Shown in pieces: positions 13,299 through 25,715 of a stretch of 64,000 nucleotides of DNA. The notes beneath the pieces are model-generated. The model was not told where the DNA came from. It made no database searches and worked only from the letters and a program-made list of their open reading frames with translations. The DNA lies in the NCBI RefSeq assembly GCF_006345805.1, contig NC_043000.1, forward strand, positions 48,112,001 to 48,176,000, read 5' to 3'. Positions within the stretch are counted from its first letter, which is position 1. Each line of letters starts with the position of its first letter. Position numbers and translations under genes: made by a program. Origin of the DNA: Octopus sinensis (lineage: Eukaryota).

Positions 13299-13495
13299 TA
13301 ATCCAAACAAGAAAGCATAAAAATCACAGCACGAGGACGTGGAACAATATAGTATTATTGGACGCGAAAGAAAGAAGGAGGGTTTAACATTTCGAGCGAA
13401 GCTCTTCGTCGGAAACGTAGGAGAAGGAAAGATCCAGAGAAGGGAAGACAGAGGAAAAAAATCGCCAACGGTACACACGCGGTCACATTTTGAAT
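13296..13495 (-). mobile_element. ~200-bp hammerhead-containing element (solo pLTR/retrozyme-like)
   Basis: Reverse complement of 44301-44505 with the same termini; (TA)n on both sides. Confidence 0.8.
13382..13416 (-). ncRNA. Minimal hammerhead motif
   Basis: Minus strand GTTT CCGACGA A GAGC ttc GCTC GAAA TGTT AAAC. Confidence 0.7.
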
Positions 13496-13507
13496 ATATA
13501 TATATAT

Positions 13508-13541
<34 letters not shown>

Positions 13542-14249
13542 ATTCAAAATGCTCAGCCATTTTTTATATATATATATATCTATATATTATTGCTCAGTCA
13601 TTTTATATATATATATGTATATATATATGTCAAATGAGCAGTGAAATTGTTTCACATTATAGAATCAGTGGTAAAATTAGCAAACAATTGAAATGAACCC
13701 ATGAGGTCAAATTGAATTGGATTCTTTCTGCTGTTTAAAAGACATATTCTGTATCACAATTTTGGCTTTCTGATATTCTACACAAATATATAAAGCATAT
13801 GAAAAATAATACACACCACATAAAGAAGTAATCGTCCATACATAGACACATATATGCACACTTCCATACACACCTATGTGCACACACACACACACATAAA
13901 TATACGTGTGGGTGGGCATGATTTCATGAGTATATATATATTTATATATATATATACATACACCCATTTACACACTTGTGTATTTATTAAGGAAACTATA
14001 AATTAAACTAAATGTAGGCTTATGAGAATTGTACAAACACTAACAACAAAAAAAGACCACAAACAAAATATTAAATTTCTGAAATATAAACTAAAATAAA
14101 TGCAAAAAAAAGGACAAGCTTGTAAACATGATTTGAAATATACACACATCAATGCATTCTTGCCAGCTATACCTCAATTTATACATGACTATAAATATTT
14201 GTGCATGTTTATAAATATGTATGTATGCCCCCATTATACATGTGTGCGT

Positions 14250-14343
14250 TGCTATATATATATATATACATATATGTGCGTGTATATATACATATATATA
14301 CATATATATATATATATTATATATATATATTACACATTCATAT

Positions 14344-14374
<31 letters not shown>

Positions 14375-15934
14375 TACACATTCATATATATATACATATA
14401 ATATATATATATATTACACATCATATATATATATTACACATTCATATATATATATATTACACATTCATATATATATATATATTATATATAGAGATATATG
14501 TATGTATGTATTATATATGTATGCTTGTGTGTATGCGTGTATCTGCATGTGTTTATATATATGTATTTGTCTATGTACCTACATATACATACATCTATAC
14601 ATGAAAATACATATAAATATATGAATACATATACATATGTAATAGGAAATGAATAAATGATAATATTCATGTAATGCATATATGTATATGTGTATATACA
14701 TATACATGTATAGGTGTGTGTGTGTGTATACATATGTATATATATATATATATGTATATATATAAACACATACATACACACACACGTGTGTGTGTGTGTG
14801 TATATATGCATGTGTATGCAGCTTTTTTTTACAGTATGAAATCAAAAAAGCAGCTGTAGATTCATGCCTTTGAACCGAAGTTGCATCTGCAAACATATGG
14901 AAGAGTAAATTGAAAAATAAAAATTGTTGACATCTATGAAATTCTTTCAGACCACATAGGCAAAGATACTCAGAAAACCTGCCGAGCATATATTTACATA
15001 ATCATGTGTTATATTCAGTCAACTATCATGGTAAAAAACAGAAAAAAAAACATAAGAAAACATGAATAAAAACAAAAAAACCCCAGAATAGGGTGTGCAA
15101 TGGATGTTGTTTGTGTGAGAATATATATAATAATACTGAATTCTGTATTAATATACATGCATACATATATATATATATACATATACATATATATACATAT
15201 ACATACATACATACATGTACACACATACATAATCAATTGATTTCTGAGAAAGCCATCAACATGCAAGGACATTTCTTGTAGTAATTGAAGAGATGAATAC
15301 CAATCAGGCTGGAGGGATAATGGTGTAAAAATTCAAAATGAAAATTAACCAGCATATACATACATTATGTATGTGTGTGTGTGTGCGTGAGTGTGTGTAT
15401 GCGTGCATATATGAAATTGCTTATTTATCTATGCATGCATATGTATATATAAATGGAAATATATTGTTTGTGTGCATGTGTGTGTGTGTATATAATGCAT
15501 ATAGATACGAAAATGTGTATGTATGTATATATGTATATATATGTGTATATATGTATATATGTACATATATGTATATATATGTACATATATGTATATATAT
15601 GTATATATGTACATGTATGTATATATATATATTTATATAAGTATATGTATGTGTGTACATGTGTATATATATGTGTATAACTAGATTTATATATATATAT
15701 ATGTGTGTGTGTGTGTCTATATATGTATATATATATATAGATATATAAACATATATATAATGCATGTATGTCTATAGATATGAAAATGTGCATACATCCA
15801 TAATGCATCCATACATATGTACATATATATATATATATTAATGCATATATATTTTTATGTGTGTCCATATATTGGTGAAGAGATAAAAATGTATTTCATA
15901 CACATGTGTGAATGTGTGTGTGTATGCATGCATG

Positions 15935-15987
<53 letters not shown>

Positions 15988-15990
15988 ATA
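14250..15990. repeat. Two large (TA)n/(CA)n/(TATG)n blocks (about 14250-14830 and 15130-15990)
   Basis: Direct read; accounts for the many YI/HT-rich ORFs. Confidence 0.9.
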
Positions 15991-16089
15991 TATGTATACC
16001 ACTGCCATACTCTTCTCATCCCAAAATTAGTGCCCACCCCATTATTCTGTTACTCTCTCCTTCACCACCCTTCGCAACAATAATTCTGT

Positions 16090-16360
16090 GCCTATCATCT
16101 TATTACATTTCCACATCTGCTTACCTTGAATCATTTCACACTGTTCCTTCTATTCTCTCTCACTTATAGTGTCCACATTATGCCCTTAGCCTTACAAGCC
16201 ATGAGTTTGTCTTCACTAATTCATGTGCTATGAAACATCATTTTGTTCACACTGTTAAGTGATTAGAGGTAAGCAGAGCTTCCACATGTTGAAACCATAC
16301 CAAGGAATGCTGCACTCCTCTGTATCCTATCCTGCTGAACTGCGCAACATTTGCCAGCAT
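16090..16360 (-). mobile_element. Possible highly degraded RTE-type LINE fragment
   Basis: Weak, frameshifted resemblance to LLYGSETW...LERNEAS; many stops. Confidence 0.25.
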
Positions 16361-16407
16361 TGACACCAGACATTATATCATAATGATGTTATTAGTAATG
16401 TTATATA

Positions 16408-16440
<33 letters not shown>

Positions 16441-16454
16441 ATATACATCATATG

Positions 16455-16488
<34 letters not shown>

Positions 16489-16489
<1 letters not shown>

Positions 16490-16683
16490 CTTTTACTTGT
16501 TTCAATCATTTGACTGCAGCCATGATGGAGCACCACCTTTAGTCAAACAAATCGACCCCAAAACTTATTCTTTGTTAGCCTAGTACTTATTCTATTGGTG
16601 TCTTTTGCTGAACTGCTAAGTTACGGGGACGTAAACACACCAGCATCTGTTGTCAAGTGATGTTGGGGGGACAAACACACGCA

Positions 16684-16719
<36 letters not shown>

Positions 16720-16949
16720 AAATAGTGGTTTTGTCTCTAATAATATTTTATGTATATATATATATAATATATATTATATATATATATATATACACAACAG
16801 GCTTCTTTCAGTTTATGTCCACTCTCAAGGCTTTGGTTGGCCTGAGGCTATAGTAGAAGACACTTGCCCAGGGTGCCACATAATGGGACTAAACCCAGAA
16901 TCATGTGGTTGGTAAGCAAGTTACTTACCACACAGACACTCCTATGCCT
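16489..16949 (-). mobile_element. SINE family A (tRNA head, internal TA/CA microsatellite)
   Basis: Reverse complement of 28169-28564, full length. Confidence 0.88.
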
Positions 16950-16951
16950 TT

Positions 16952-16993
<42 letters not shown>

Positions 16994-17486
16994 ATATATA
17001 TATATTTATACTTACTTGGAAATGGATGCATGGCGTTCAATCAAATAATAATATAAATAATATATACATGCATACACACAAATATACACATGCATATGTG
17101 GGTACAGGATGTCACCAACAGTAAACATGAAATGCGAAAACAAATTACTTCAATAGGCAAACAATGAGAGAATCAAATGGAAAACAGGACAAGTAACATA
17201 AAGAACAACCCTTCATCAGTTGTCGGCTGTCTATCTACTCCTCATTTCGAGCAATATGTGTGTGTATATATATATATGCATATATATATACACACACACA
17301 TACATATATATATATATGTATATCATTATCATCATATAATGACCATGTCCCATGATGACATGCATGGTTTTGGACTGTTTGACAAGGTTCTAATGTGTCA
17401 CAAGATTGTACTGCACTCCAGTATCTGCCTTGCTATTGTGTCTGTGGCTGGATGTCAATACGAGAAATAATTATATAGTAAGAGTC

Positions 17487-17685
17487 TAGCACCTGTGCTT
17501 GTGGCACGTAAAAAGCACCCACTACACTCACAGAGTGGTCGGCGTTAGGAAGGGCATCCAGCCGTAGAAACATTGCTAGATCAGACTGGACCTGGTGCAG
17601 CCTTCTGGCTTCCCAGACCCCAGTTGAACCATCCAACCCATGCTAGCATGGGAAGCGGACGCTAAACGAAGATGATGATGACGAT
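17487..17685 (+). mobile_element. Family C: non-LTR 3' end with (GAT)n tail (probably RTE-related)
   Basis: GTGGCACGTAAAAAGCACCC...GCATGGGAAGCGGACGCTAAACGAAGATGATGATG; also at 42215, 57880, 63093. Confidence 0.8.
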
Positions 17686-17909
17686 AAGAGTGTATATGTG
17701 TGTGTGTGTGTGTATACCACAAGCTCTCATGCTCACCCACTCTTACACACATGCACACACACACACACAGTATTAGATGTTTTGGTATCCAGAAGGCTCC
17801 AAAGGCAGCTAAGGCTATGTAAGTGCCATGGAAGAACCACTGTTAAGCTCCAAGTTCAGTACTAGCATGAGTGAGGTGTCTAAGGCAGGTCGTGTGTGAG
17901 TGTGTATAT

Positions 17910-18014
17910 GTTAAATAAAATAAGATAACAAGGCCAAGGCAATTTGCTATTCCTTGGACATTTATAAATGTCCTAGGAATATCAAATTGCCATGGCCTTG
18001 TTATTTTATTTAAC
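17910..18014. repeat. Loopless palindrome / foldback
   Basis: 39-bp arms with 3 mismatches around centre TTTATAAA (17961-68), extending further with one 5-nt bulge. Confidence 0.9.
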
Positions 18015-18199
18015 ACACACACACATATAAAGATTATGGTATATTATATATATGTGTATGTATAAATTACAAACAACTGTCACAAGTAAATATATCTGTA
18101 ACATGAATCATGATTTTGCTAATTGTTTTAAGTGCTTAAAATGTTTTGTTCAGATACTGACATCCTCTCAGTTTTAATAACAATATTTTGACCCAGTAC

Positions 18200-18415
18200 T
18201 AAGGTGGTCAGCTGGCAGAAACGTTAGCACACTGGGTGAAATGCTTACCGGTATTTTGTCTGTCTTTACATTCTGAGTTCAAATTCCGCCACGGTCAACT
18301 TTGCCTTTCATCCTTTTGGGGTCGATAAATTAAGTATCAGTTGCGTACTGGGATCGATCTCATCGATTGGCACCCTTCCCCAAAATTTTGGGTCTTGTGC
18401 CTTGAGTAGAAAAGA
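18200..18415 (+). mobile_element. SINE family B
   Basis: AAGGTGGTCAGCTGGCAGAAACG...GGGGTCGATAAATTAAGTATCAG... Confidence 0.85.
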
Positions 18416-18803
18416 ATATTTTGAACCAGTACTTTCAAAATTAAATGCTTGGTGCTTTTCTCCTTCTTACTTACATAGCAAATAAGTGTTTTTATATGTA
18501 TGTATGAATGTACATTTATGTGTTTGTGAGACAGATTGTTGTTTAAGATTCTGTCAGCCCAAATTGAACAAACCCATATTCAAAGCAGGTAGGTTTTAAA
18601 TGTGTTTAGGTTGCTAAACTGCTGGTCTTCTATAAACAACCTTACTCAAACTCGTGCCTTGGAGGGGAGCTTTCTAGGTGCAATCCCATGGTTATTCATG
18701 ACTGAAAGGAATCTTAGCCTTTTATTTGATCTGAGGCCATGTGTTGAAACTAAAGTGATTGTAGAGTGGATGACATTTATTAATTTCAAGGAAGTACAAA
18801 ACT

Positions 18804-18992
18804 CTAATCTCCTTCAAAGAAGGCTCATCTGACTTCAGTGCACCTGCTGTAGCAATCCAGTTACTTTCTGAAGGCATCATGGAAGTCCTTGAATGTAAAG
18901 GTGTCTTGGACCCTTGTCTCAGCCTTCATCTTCTCAGTGTCCTCAAAATGACTGTCTTCAAGGTTCTCTTTCAGTTTGGAGAACAAGTAAAA
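18804..18992 (-). pseudogene. Mariner-like transposase C-terminal remnant
   Basis: YLFSKLKENLEDSHFEDTEKMK...FHDAFRK*LDCYSRCTEVR*AFFEGD*, matching the mariner FxLFPKLK...KCIEVxGxYFE pattern; two in-frame stops. Confidence 0.8.
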
Positions 18993-19849
18993 GTGCTAGG
19001 AAGGGGACCAGTTGTAAAAACCTTGTCAGTGCAGCTCTTTGGCTCACCAGTTCCTGTGACAATAGGGAAAAAAAAGGGGATACTAGATGATGATGATAAT
19101 AATGATGATGAGGAGGAGGAGGATGAAAAAGCTTTTCTAAAACAGAAGTAGCTATGTTGTATGTATATGCATATTATTCACTGATGTATATCAGTGGTAG
19201 ATCTAATCATCTGGTTTAAAAAATAATAATAATCATAAATAAGCAAAATAAAATAAATAAATAAATAAATAAAAGAGACAGTGCATTGCTTTTCAGAGGA
19301 AGTTCCTGTTTGAAAAGAGTTCAACAGCAAATTATAGCCTCTCACTTGTCATTCGCATCATCAGAAATGCAGTGAACCAGCGATTGAATTGTTGGAAGCC
19401 TGTAATGCGCATTGCTATTATACACCAATCATGATTTAAAATTCAAAAAATAAATAAATAAATAAATAAATAACTGTTCTTTCTTACATTCTATTTGTCT
19501 TGACAATCTTTACTGTGTATCTCATATTCAAATAATATTATACGTAAAATGTATATCAGAAAGTATTGTATCGTATCGAAAAATGATAACATAACTCTCT
19601 TCCAATAAAAAAAATAAGTAAAATTAAGTGTAACACAGAAGTTTTAAGAAGCAAAGAGAGGAAGAAGATTTGAAATGAAAATCTAAAGTAGTCTTTTTTT
19701 TTTGTGAAGTACAATAAATAGTATTGTAATATGATAGAAGAGGAAAAACGCTTTAAGTATAATGTGGAATGTTTATGAAGCAAAGACAGACACAGAAGAG
19801 GAAAAAGATGAAAAATAAATATAAATATAGAATATTATTTATGAAATAG

Positions 19850-20320
19850 AACGATTATGATGTAGATAGATAAGTAAAGTAGATAGATGGATAAATGAAT
19901 AGATAGTTGGACAGAGAGATAGATGGATAAACGGATAGATGAATAGATCAATACATAGATAAACAATCAGACAGAAAGCGAGATGGATAGATAATTTGAT
20001 AAACGATAAATAGATGGGTAGAGGATAGATATATAGATGGATAGACAGATAGGTAGATGGATGAATGGATAGATAGGTAGATAAATGAATAGATAGTGGG
20101 ACAGAGAAATAGAAGGATAGAGAGATAGATAGAGGGATAGATCAATACATAGACAAACAGGCAGAAAGACTGATGGATAGATAAATAAATAAATGATAAA
20201 TAGATGGGTAGAGGAGTAGATACATGGATAGGTAGATGGAGAAATGGATAGATAAACAGACAGACAGACAAATAGGTAGATAGATATGTATACAGATAGG
20301 TAGATAGATAGATAGATAGT
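19850..20320. repeat. Compound (GATA)/(GGAT)/(GACA)n microsatellite
   Basis: Direct read. Confidence 0.9.
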
Positions 20321-20757
20321 GTTTTGGAATTTCACTGGGATATAAAAGAATTATTTTTAACTGCATATCTTAATGAAGAAATCCTTGTCACAAAATTAAA
20401 AAACCTGACTTGTGTATGTGAACATGGTTCTTCTGTGATTTCCAAATTCCCCAAAGAATGTTTCACTCAGAACAAAAGGATTTATGGCATTAGTTTGTAA
20501 AATATAGGAGATTCACTTGTAGAATACATTATAACATTATACTTTGAAACATAGACCAAGCAGAAACAATAGATAGTTGTATAAAGATGTGCTGGGACTT
20601 GCAATGCAAGATAGTTTAAGCAAAATAGAACTACAGGTATGGTCATAAGATTAAAAAAACCTTTCTGCAGCAGCATGAACGTGGGTTCAATACAACAGCA
20701 TGTTGCATATAATAGCCTCAGTATTCATATATATGTATTATTATTATTATTACTATT

Positions 20758-20969
20758 ATTATAATTTAGGGTATCTAAGAGATACTGCCACGCTGGAAAT
20801 AGCAGCCAAAATCTGACTCTAAAACCACATTAAATGTTCATACAGCACCAGGAGAGAAGACAAAAATGCGAAACAAACTAGCTGTATGAACATTTAATGT
20901 GATTTTAGAGTCAGATTTTGGCTGCTATTTCCAGTGTGGTGGTATCTCTTAGATACCCTAAATTATAAT
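20758..20969. repeat. 89-bp inverted repeat with 34-nt spacer
   Basis: 20758-20846 vs 20881-20969, 4 differences. Confidence 0.92.
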
Positions 20970-21349
20970 TTTAATAATAATTATTATCTTTGAAGGTTTT
21001 TATTTCCATACTGGCCACTTGATAAGATTGATATTTAAATTAACGATCTTATCCTTATATATATATTTTCTAACATCTAGTGTCTCAGCGCACTCTTCAA
21101 GCACTGCCCACATGGCATAAAAAACTAAAAACAGGATTACAGGAAAAAGGGAGAAAAGATGAGAAAGAAGTAGATATAAAAGGTAGAAGGTTGAAAAACC
21201 AGAAAACAAAAGAGAAAACTGAAAGAAGCAAAAGGTGGGAAATAAGAGATAGTTTCCCTTTGACCATTAAATATAAGGCTGAAAAGATAGTGGTTTAGAA
21301 TCTGAAGTACAGTTGCTCAGACCAGAGAGTGTGTTACTTTTCAATTCGT

Positions 21350-21460
21350 CTATAGGAACTTACCCACATGCTTATAACCACTGAAAATTTCAGATCTAGA
21401 ATTCAGCAGTGTGCTTGAGTTCTTAGATCTGAAAAGGGTATGAGATTTTTTCAGCTATCC
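21350..21460 (-). pseudogene. PLE GIY-YIG C-terminal remnant (same general type as the 7439 element)
   Basis: IAEKIS.../RSKNSSTLLNSRSEIFSGYKHVGKFL*, resembling the LNxRxE...CxH end of the 8666-9004 ORF. Confidence 0.5.
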
Positions 21461-21906
21461 ATAACAATGTTGTCTATAAATCAGGAATATGCACTTGTAT
21501 ATCTGTCAATGGAGTGGGTATATTAATCAAAGTGTGCAAAATTATATAGCATAATAGTATTATATATCTACTATTGGATATATAATAATGGTTACATAAT
21601 ACTGTATACTTCAATTAATATACATATTTTTGCCTATTTACCAAGAAATGATAAATTACAAACCGCAATCCAAAAATCACAAATGTAGTATGTTAACTAT
21701 TGTTTAATACAGTATAACCTAAAGGCTCTAAATCATCATTATGCAGACTTTCACAAAAAAATATCACCAAATGCACTATGTAAAATGGTTGGAATTAAGA
21801 AGAGAAGCTAATAGTCTAAATGTGACATACAAGGGAGACACGAATCTTGAGTAGGAGAGCAGTAATGCCAAATGAAATCTCATTTGGACAATGAAAACTC
21901 ATTTAA

Positions 21907-22089
21907 TCCACTCCATCCCTGTGGGGTGAAGTTAAAATAATAGACAGAGAACACCACTGGAAAATACGAAAACTAAAAGAAGCAGCACATATGCTAGGAC
22001 ACGACAACCTCCTAAGCAGATCAAGTGCAGATATGAGTAGTGTATGGGAACCGGTATTAAGAAAGGATAGGAAAATGTTAGATTTATAA
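21907..22089 (+). pseudogene. Penelope/Poseidon-type GIY-YIG endonuclease C-terminus
   Basis: LWGEVKIIDREHHWKIRKLKEAAHMLGHDNLLSRSSADMSSVWEPVL...* (W..VKIIDRE..W..RK.KEA motif); stop 22087-89. Confidence 0.75.
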
Positions 22090-22115
22090 GCCCTTAAATT
22101 GCCATAATTGCCCAT

Positions 22116-22187
22116 GGGTATATGGCATAGTGGTTAAGAGCATGGGCTACTAACCCCAAGATTCCGAGTTTGATTCTAGGCAGTGAC
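22116..22187 (+). promoter_or_regulatory. tRNA-like segment with Pol III A and B boxes
   Basis: A box TGGCATAGTGG 22123-33; B box GAGTTTGATTCT 22166-77 (GAGTTCGATTCC at 12230-41 in the sister copy). Confidence 0.7.
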
Positions 22188-22259
22188 CTGAATGATAATA
22201 ATAATGATAACATCGAAAAATACCTTAGGAATGAGAACCCAGGCTCGAAATTTTTCCAA

Positions 22260-22305
22260 GACACCTGATGAAGGCTGGAGGGTATATCAGCCAAAATGTT
22301 GTGTT
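22260..22305 (+). ncRNA. Minimal hammerhead motif (G12->A in this copy)
   Basis: GACAC CTGATGA A GGCTG..CAGCC AAAA TGTT GTGTT; stem I GACAC/GTGTT. Confidence 0.65.
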
Positions 22306-23607
22306 AACAACAAACAAGATGAGTACAAATATCCATCAAATGTAAATAATGTAAATAATTCTTCATCTCTTAAATATAGAACTGTATAAAATGAATATTA
22401 TACAAAGGTCATGGTTGGAATGTTTTTGATCATAAGTATGCTTAGTTGTGGTTGACTTTAGGTTAAATAACAATGTGTACAACTAAGAATTATGTTAAAA
22501 TTATGGAGTTTACTCCACAGTTGTTGTTATGTAACCCCAGGTCAGTCCCACTTGGACAAACCTATTATAAAAAATAAAATCTAGGCATGATTACCACAGC
22601 TGTTTCTAATGGCATTGCACATTTAGGACTAAATTTTTCAATTTGTCCCTTTCAATGAAGGTTGTTGATTGCAATTTACCTGCTATTTCTAGCAAATTTA
22701 GAGTCAACATTATGCCAGGTTTTAACATAGAGAAAGAAATTATAATTTATGACTAGCAATTTTTTTGTTTTGTCCTTCCAATGTTTACACCTTGATTTAA
22801 ATAAATAAATGAACGTTTTTTTCTATATTTTGTGCGTCTTTTGAAGTCATCTACAACTCATAATACCATATAAAAAATGTTTTTTAAATATTGATCAATC
22901 AGTTTTAATTGGGTGATTATTTTTTGTTTTATTTTTGTTATTTTTTCTTAAGAAAAGGAAAATAGCAATTATTCCTTTCAATTAAATTTCGAAGTAGAAT
23001 TTCATTTTTTCCTTTTTTTCCTTTTTTCGTTTTGTTAATCACAAAGAAAGGTGGTCTGTTATTAAAAGACTGAGGAATTGATTACTAGGAACCAAAACCA
23101 GGTAAAAACAATTGCTAAAAATAAAGAGTTTTGAAAAAAAAAAAGAAGGAAACGATGGATTTGTGTTGCTTGAACTAGGTCAAAGAAAATGTGCTCCATT
23201 TAATAGATGTATGTCCCTTTGGGACAATCAGAAAGAACATGAGAAAATGGAAAAAAAATTGTAAACTAATTTGTTTTTTACGAGTAAGAAATAATAATGA
23301 AAGTGAGAACAGAAAAATGAAACATAAAAAATGCAATTTTTTTCTGCCTATTGGTGACAACTGTCATTGATTGAAAAATAGTTTATCAATCTTGGCATAA
23401 ATATTATGGAAGAGATGTATGTCACTGTCTTCGTTGTCATTGTCGTTATTCTCGTCATCATTGTTGTTGTCATAATTCTCACCATCATCATCATGTTAAA
23501 ATTATTTTTTCCTTTCATGGAGTAGATGGAATTCATGGAGGCAGATTTTCTATGGCCTGATGCCCTTCCTATTACACCTTCTTCCTTACCAAGGTAATAT
23601 TACCTCA

Positions 23608-23840
23608 TAAGGCGGCAAGCTGACAGAATCGGTGGCACGCTGGGTGATATGCTTAGCGGTATTTCGTCTGCCATTACGTTCTGAGTTCAAATTCTGCCGA
23701 GGTCGACTTTGCCTTTCATCCTTTCGGGGTCAATAAATTAAGTACCGATTATGCACTGGGGTCGATGTAATCGATTTAATACCTTTGTTTATCCTTGTTT
23801 GTCCTCTCTGTGTTTAGCCCCTTGTGGGTAGTAAAGAAAC
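23608..23840 (+). mobile_element. Full-length SINE family B with 16-bp target-site duplication
   Basis: TSD AGGTAATATTACCTCA at 23592-23607 and 23841-23856. Confidence 0.92.
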
Positions 23841-25036
23841 AGGTAATATTACCTCAATGGCCAGGCATATCTTTACAGGAGATTGGAAATAAAGGTTAGC
23901 AGTTGTATGATGGTGATGCTTGTTTTACAGCAGTTACACAATGCCAAGGCAAGGAGATACACATGCACACACAAATCCATGCTCACATACACACACACAC
24001 ATAAATACACACATAGAATGAGCTTCTTTCCATATCCATCTTTCAGACCCACTCACGAGGCTTTGGTCAGTCTGGGCCTATAATAGAAAAACTTGCCAAA
24101 GGTGCCACACAGTAGGACTGAACCAAAAATCTGGTGGTTGAAAAGTAAACACTATAATGCAAACATTTAAGACACACAATAATGCCAGCATGTCTTAAAA
24201 TAATTTTCTGGGAGTAAGTGTTATATTTGTCTCATGTTAAGAAGTTAGTTATCTGCAAAGCTTCTATTACTATATCCAAAATAGATGCAGCAGTGCAGTT
24301 TCCCTATGTACTTCACTCTGAGAATATATACTATTCTGGGAGCACATGACTAAAACTCCTCAGGTTCACTGTCTACTCCAAAAATTCTAGTCATCATTTT
24401 ATTAGTCCCAGAGGTAATATTTATTCTCACTTAAAAGTGGATGTTCTCTCTTTACCTCTCAGTATTAATATTACCTTTATCGCTAATACATATTTATTAG
24501 TCCCAGTTCAGCTCTGAGCTATCAGACTTATGCAGTGACCAGTTCAATTTTTTATTAGACATAGTGTAACTAGGACAACATTCTCCCCATGCATCTTATT
24601 TCCTTTTTATTAATGCCAGATGTGGCTTGAGAATAATATTACACCTTTTTTTTAGTAGCAGGTTGAGTGACACTATAGAAGAAAATCCTCTGTGATCAGG
24701 TGATCTTATAAGAATTACCTCCTTTGCTGGTATATATATTTTTTTAGATTTGTATCCTTTTGTTATCATCTTTCTGCTGTAATACACTGCCATTCTTTCA
24801 ATTAATTTGGAAATAATAAAAAATTTAGTAAAATAATATTGTCATTATTTAGTTGGTTTTTAGAACATGAATTAACAAATTTTGATGGCAGATTTTAATT
24901 TAGATTATCTCAAAACCAGTAATTTGTATTATAAAACTAAAGGTAGTCTCAGTTGGTTTGACATCAAAAGAGATAAACACCTCTTAGAAAGAGCTTTTGT
25001 TTGCCAGTTATCTTGGATAATCAAACTGCTATCATT

Positions 25037-25265
25037 ATTACAGAGATCATTATGGTGGTGAGCTGGCAGAATTTTTAGCATGCTGAGCAAAATGTTTAGT
25101 GGCATTTCATCCATCCTTACATTCTGGGTTCAAATTCCACCAAGGTCGACTCTGTCTTTCATCCTTTTGGTGTTAACAAAATAAGCTCCAGTGAAACACT
25201 GGGGTCAATTGTAATCAACTAGTCACCTCTCACCAAAATTTCAGGCCTTGTGGCCGTCTGTAGAA
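25037..25265 (+). mobile_element. SINE family B
   Basis: GGTGGTGAGCTGGCAGAAT...AGGTCGACTCTGTCTTTCATCC... Confidence 0.8.
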
Positions 25266-25715
25266 AGGATCATTACGAAGATCATAGTGTTTACTGCTTT
25301 TCACATAATTGTCATTCATGTTGTTGTCATTTATGTTGTTTCACCCTAGTTCAGTTCTGAGTAGCCACACATTGTATTTAGGATATCAAATGTTCCATAG
25401 ATATTTTTTTTTCCATATCTATGTTGTTGATACTCATAATCAGTCTCATTACATTCCTTCTGTTTATTCTGAAACCCTTCAGTCTTGCCAGTTAACTTTA
25501 ATATGTTTCACTGATGAGGTCTAAAAGGACAGAAACACATATATTACTTTAACAAATTGGCTGTCAAAACCAAACCAAAATAAAAACTAAAGCTCGCACT
25601 CATAAATGAGTATGATCTGGTAGCCTACACCATGCTTTTGCTAATTGTTTTTACATATTTATGTTGCCACAAAGTAACATAAATGCACTCTCAGCATCCC
25701 CACTGACTGAATTTT

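Noticed and set aside
21363-21427. Apparent minus-strand exon with strong splice sites
   Set aside because: Better explained as a PLE endonuclease C-terminal remnant.
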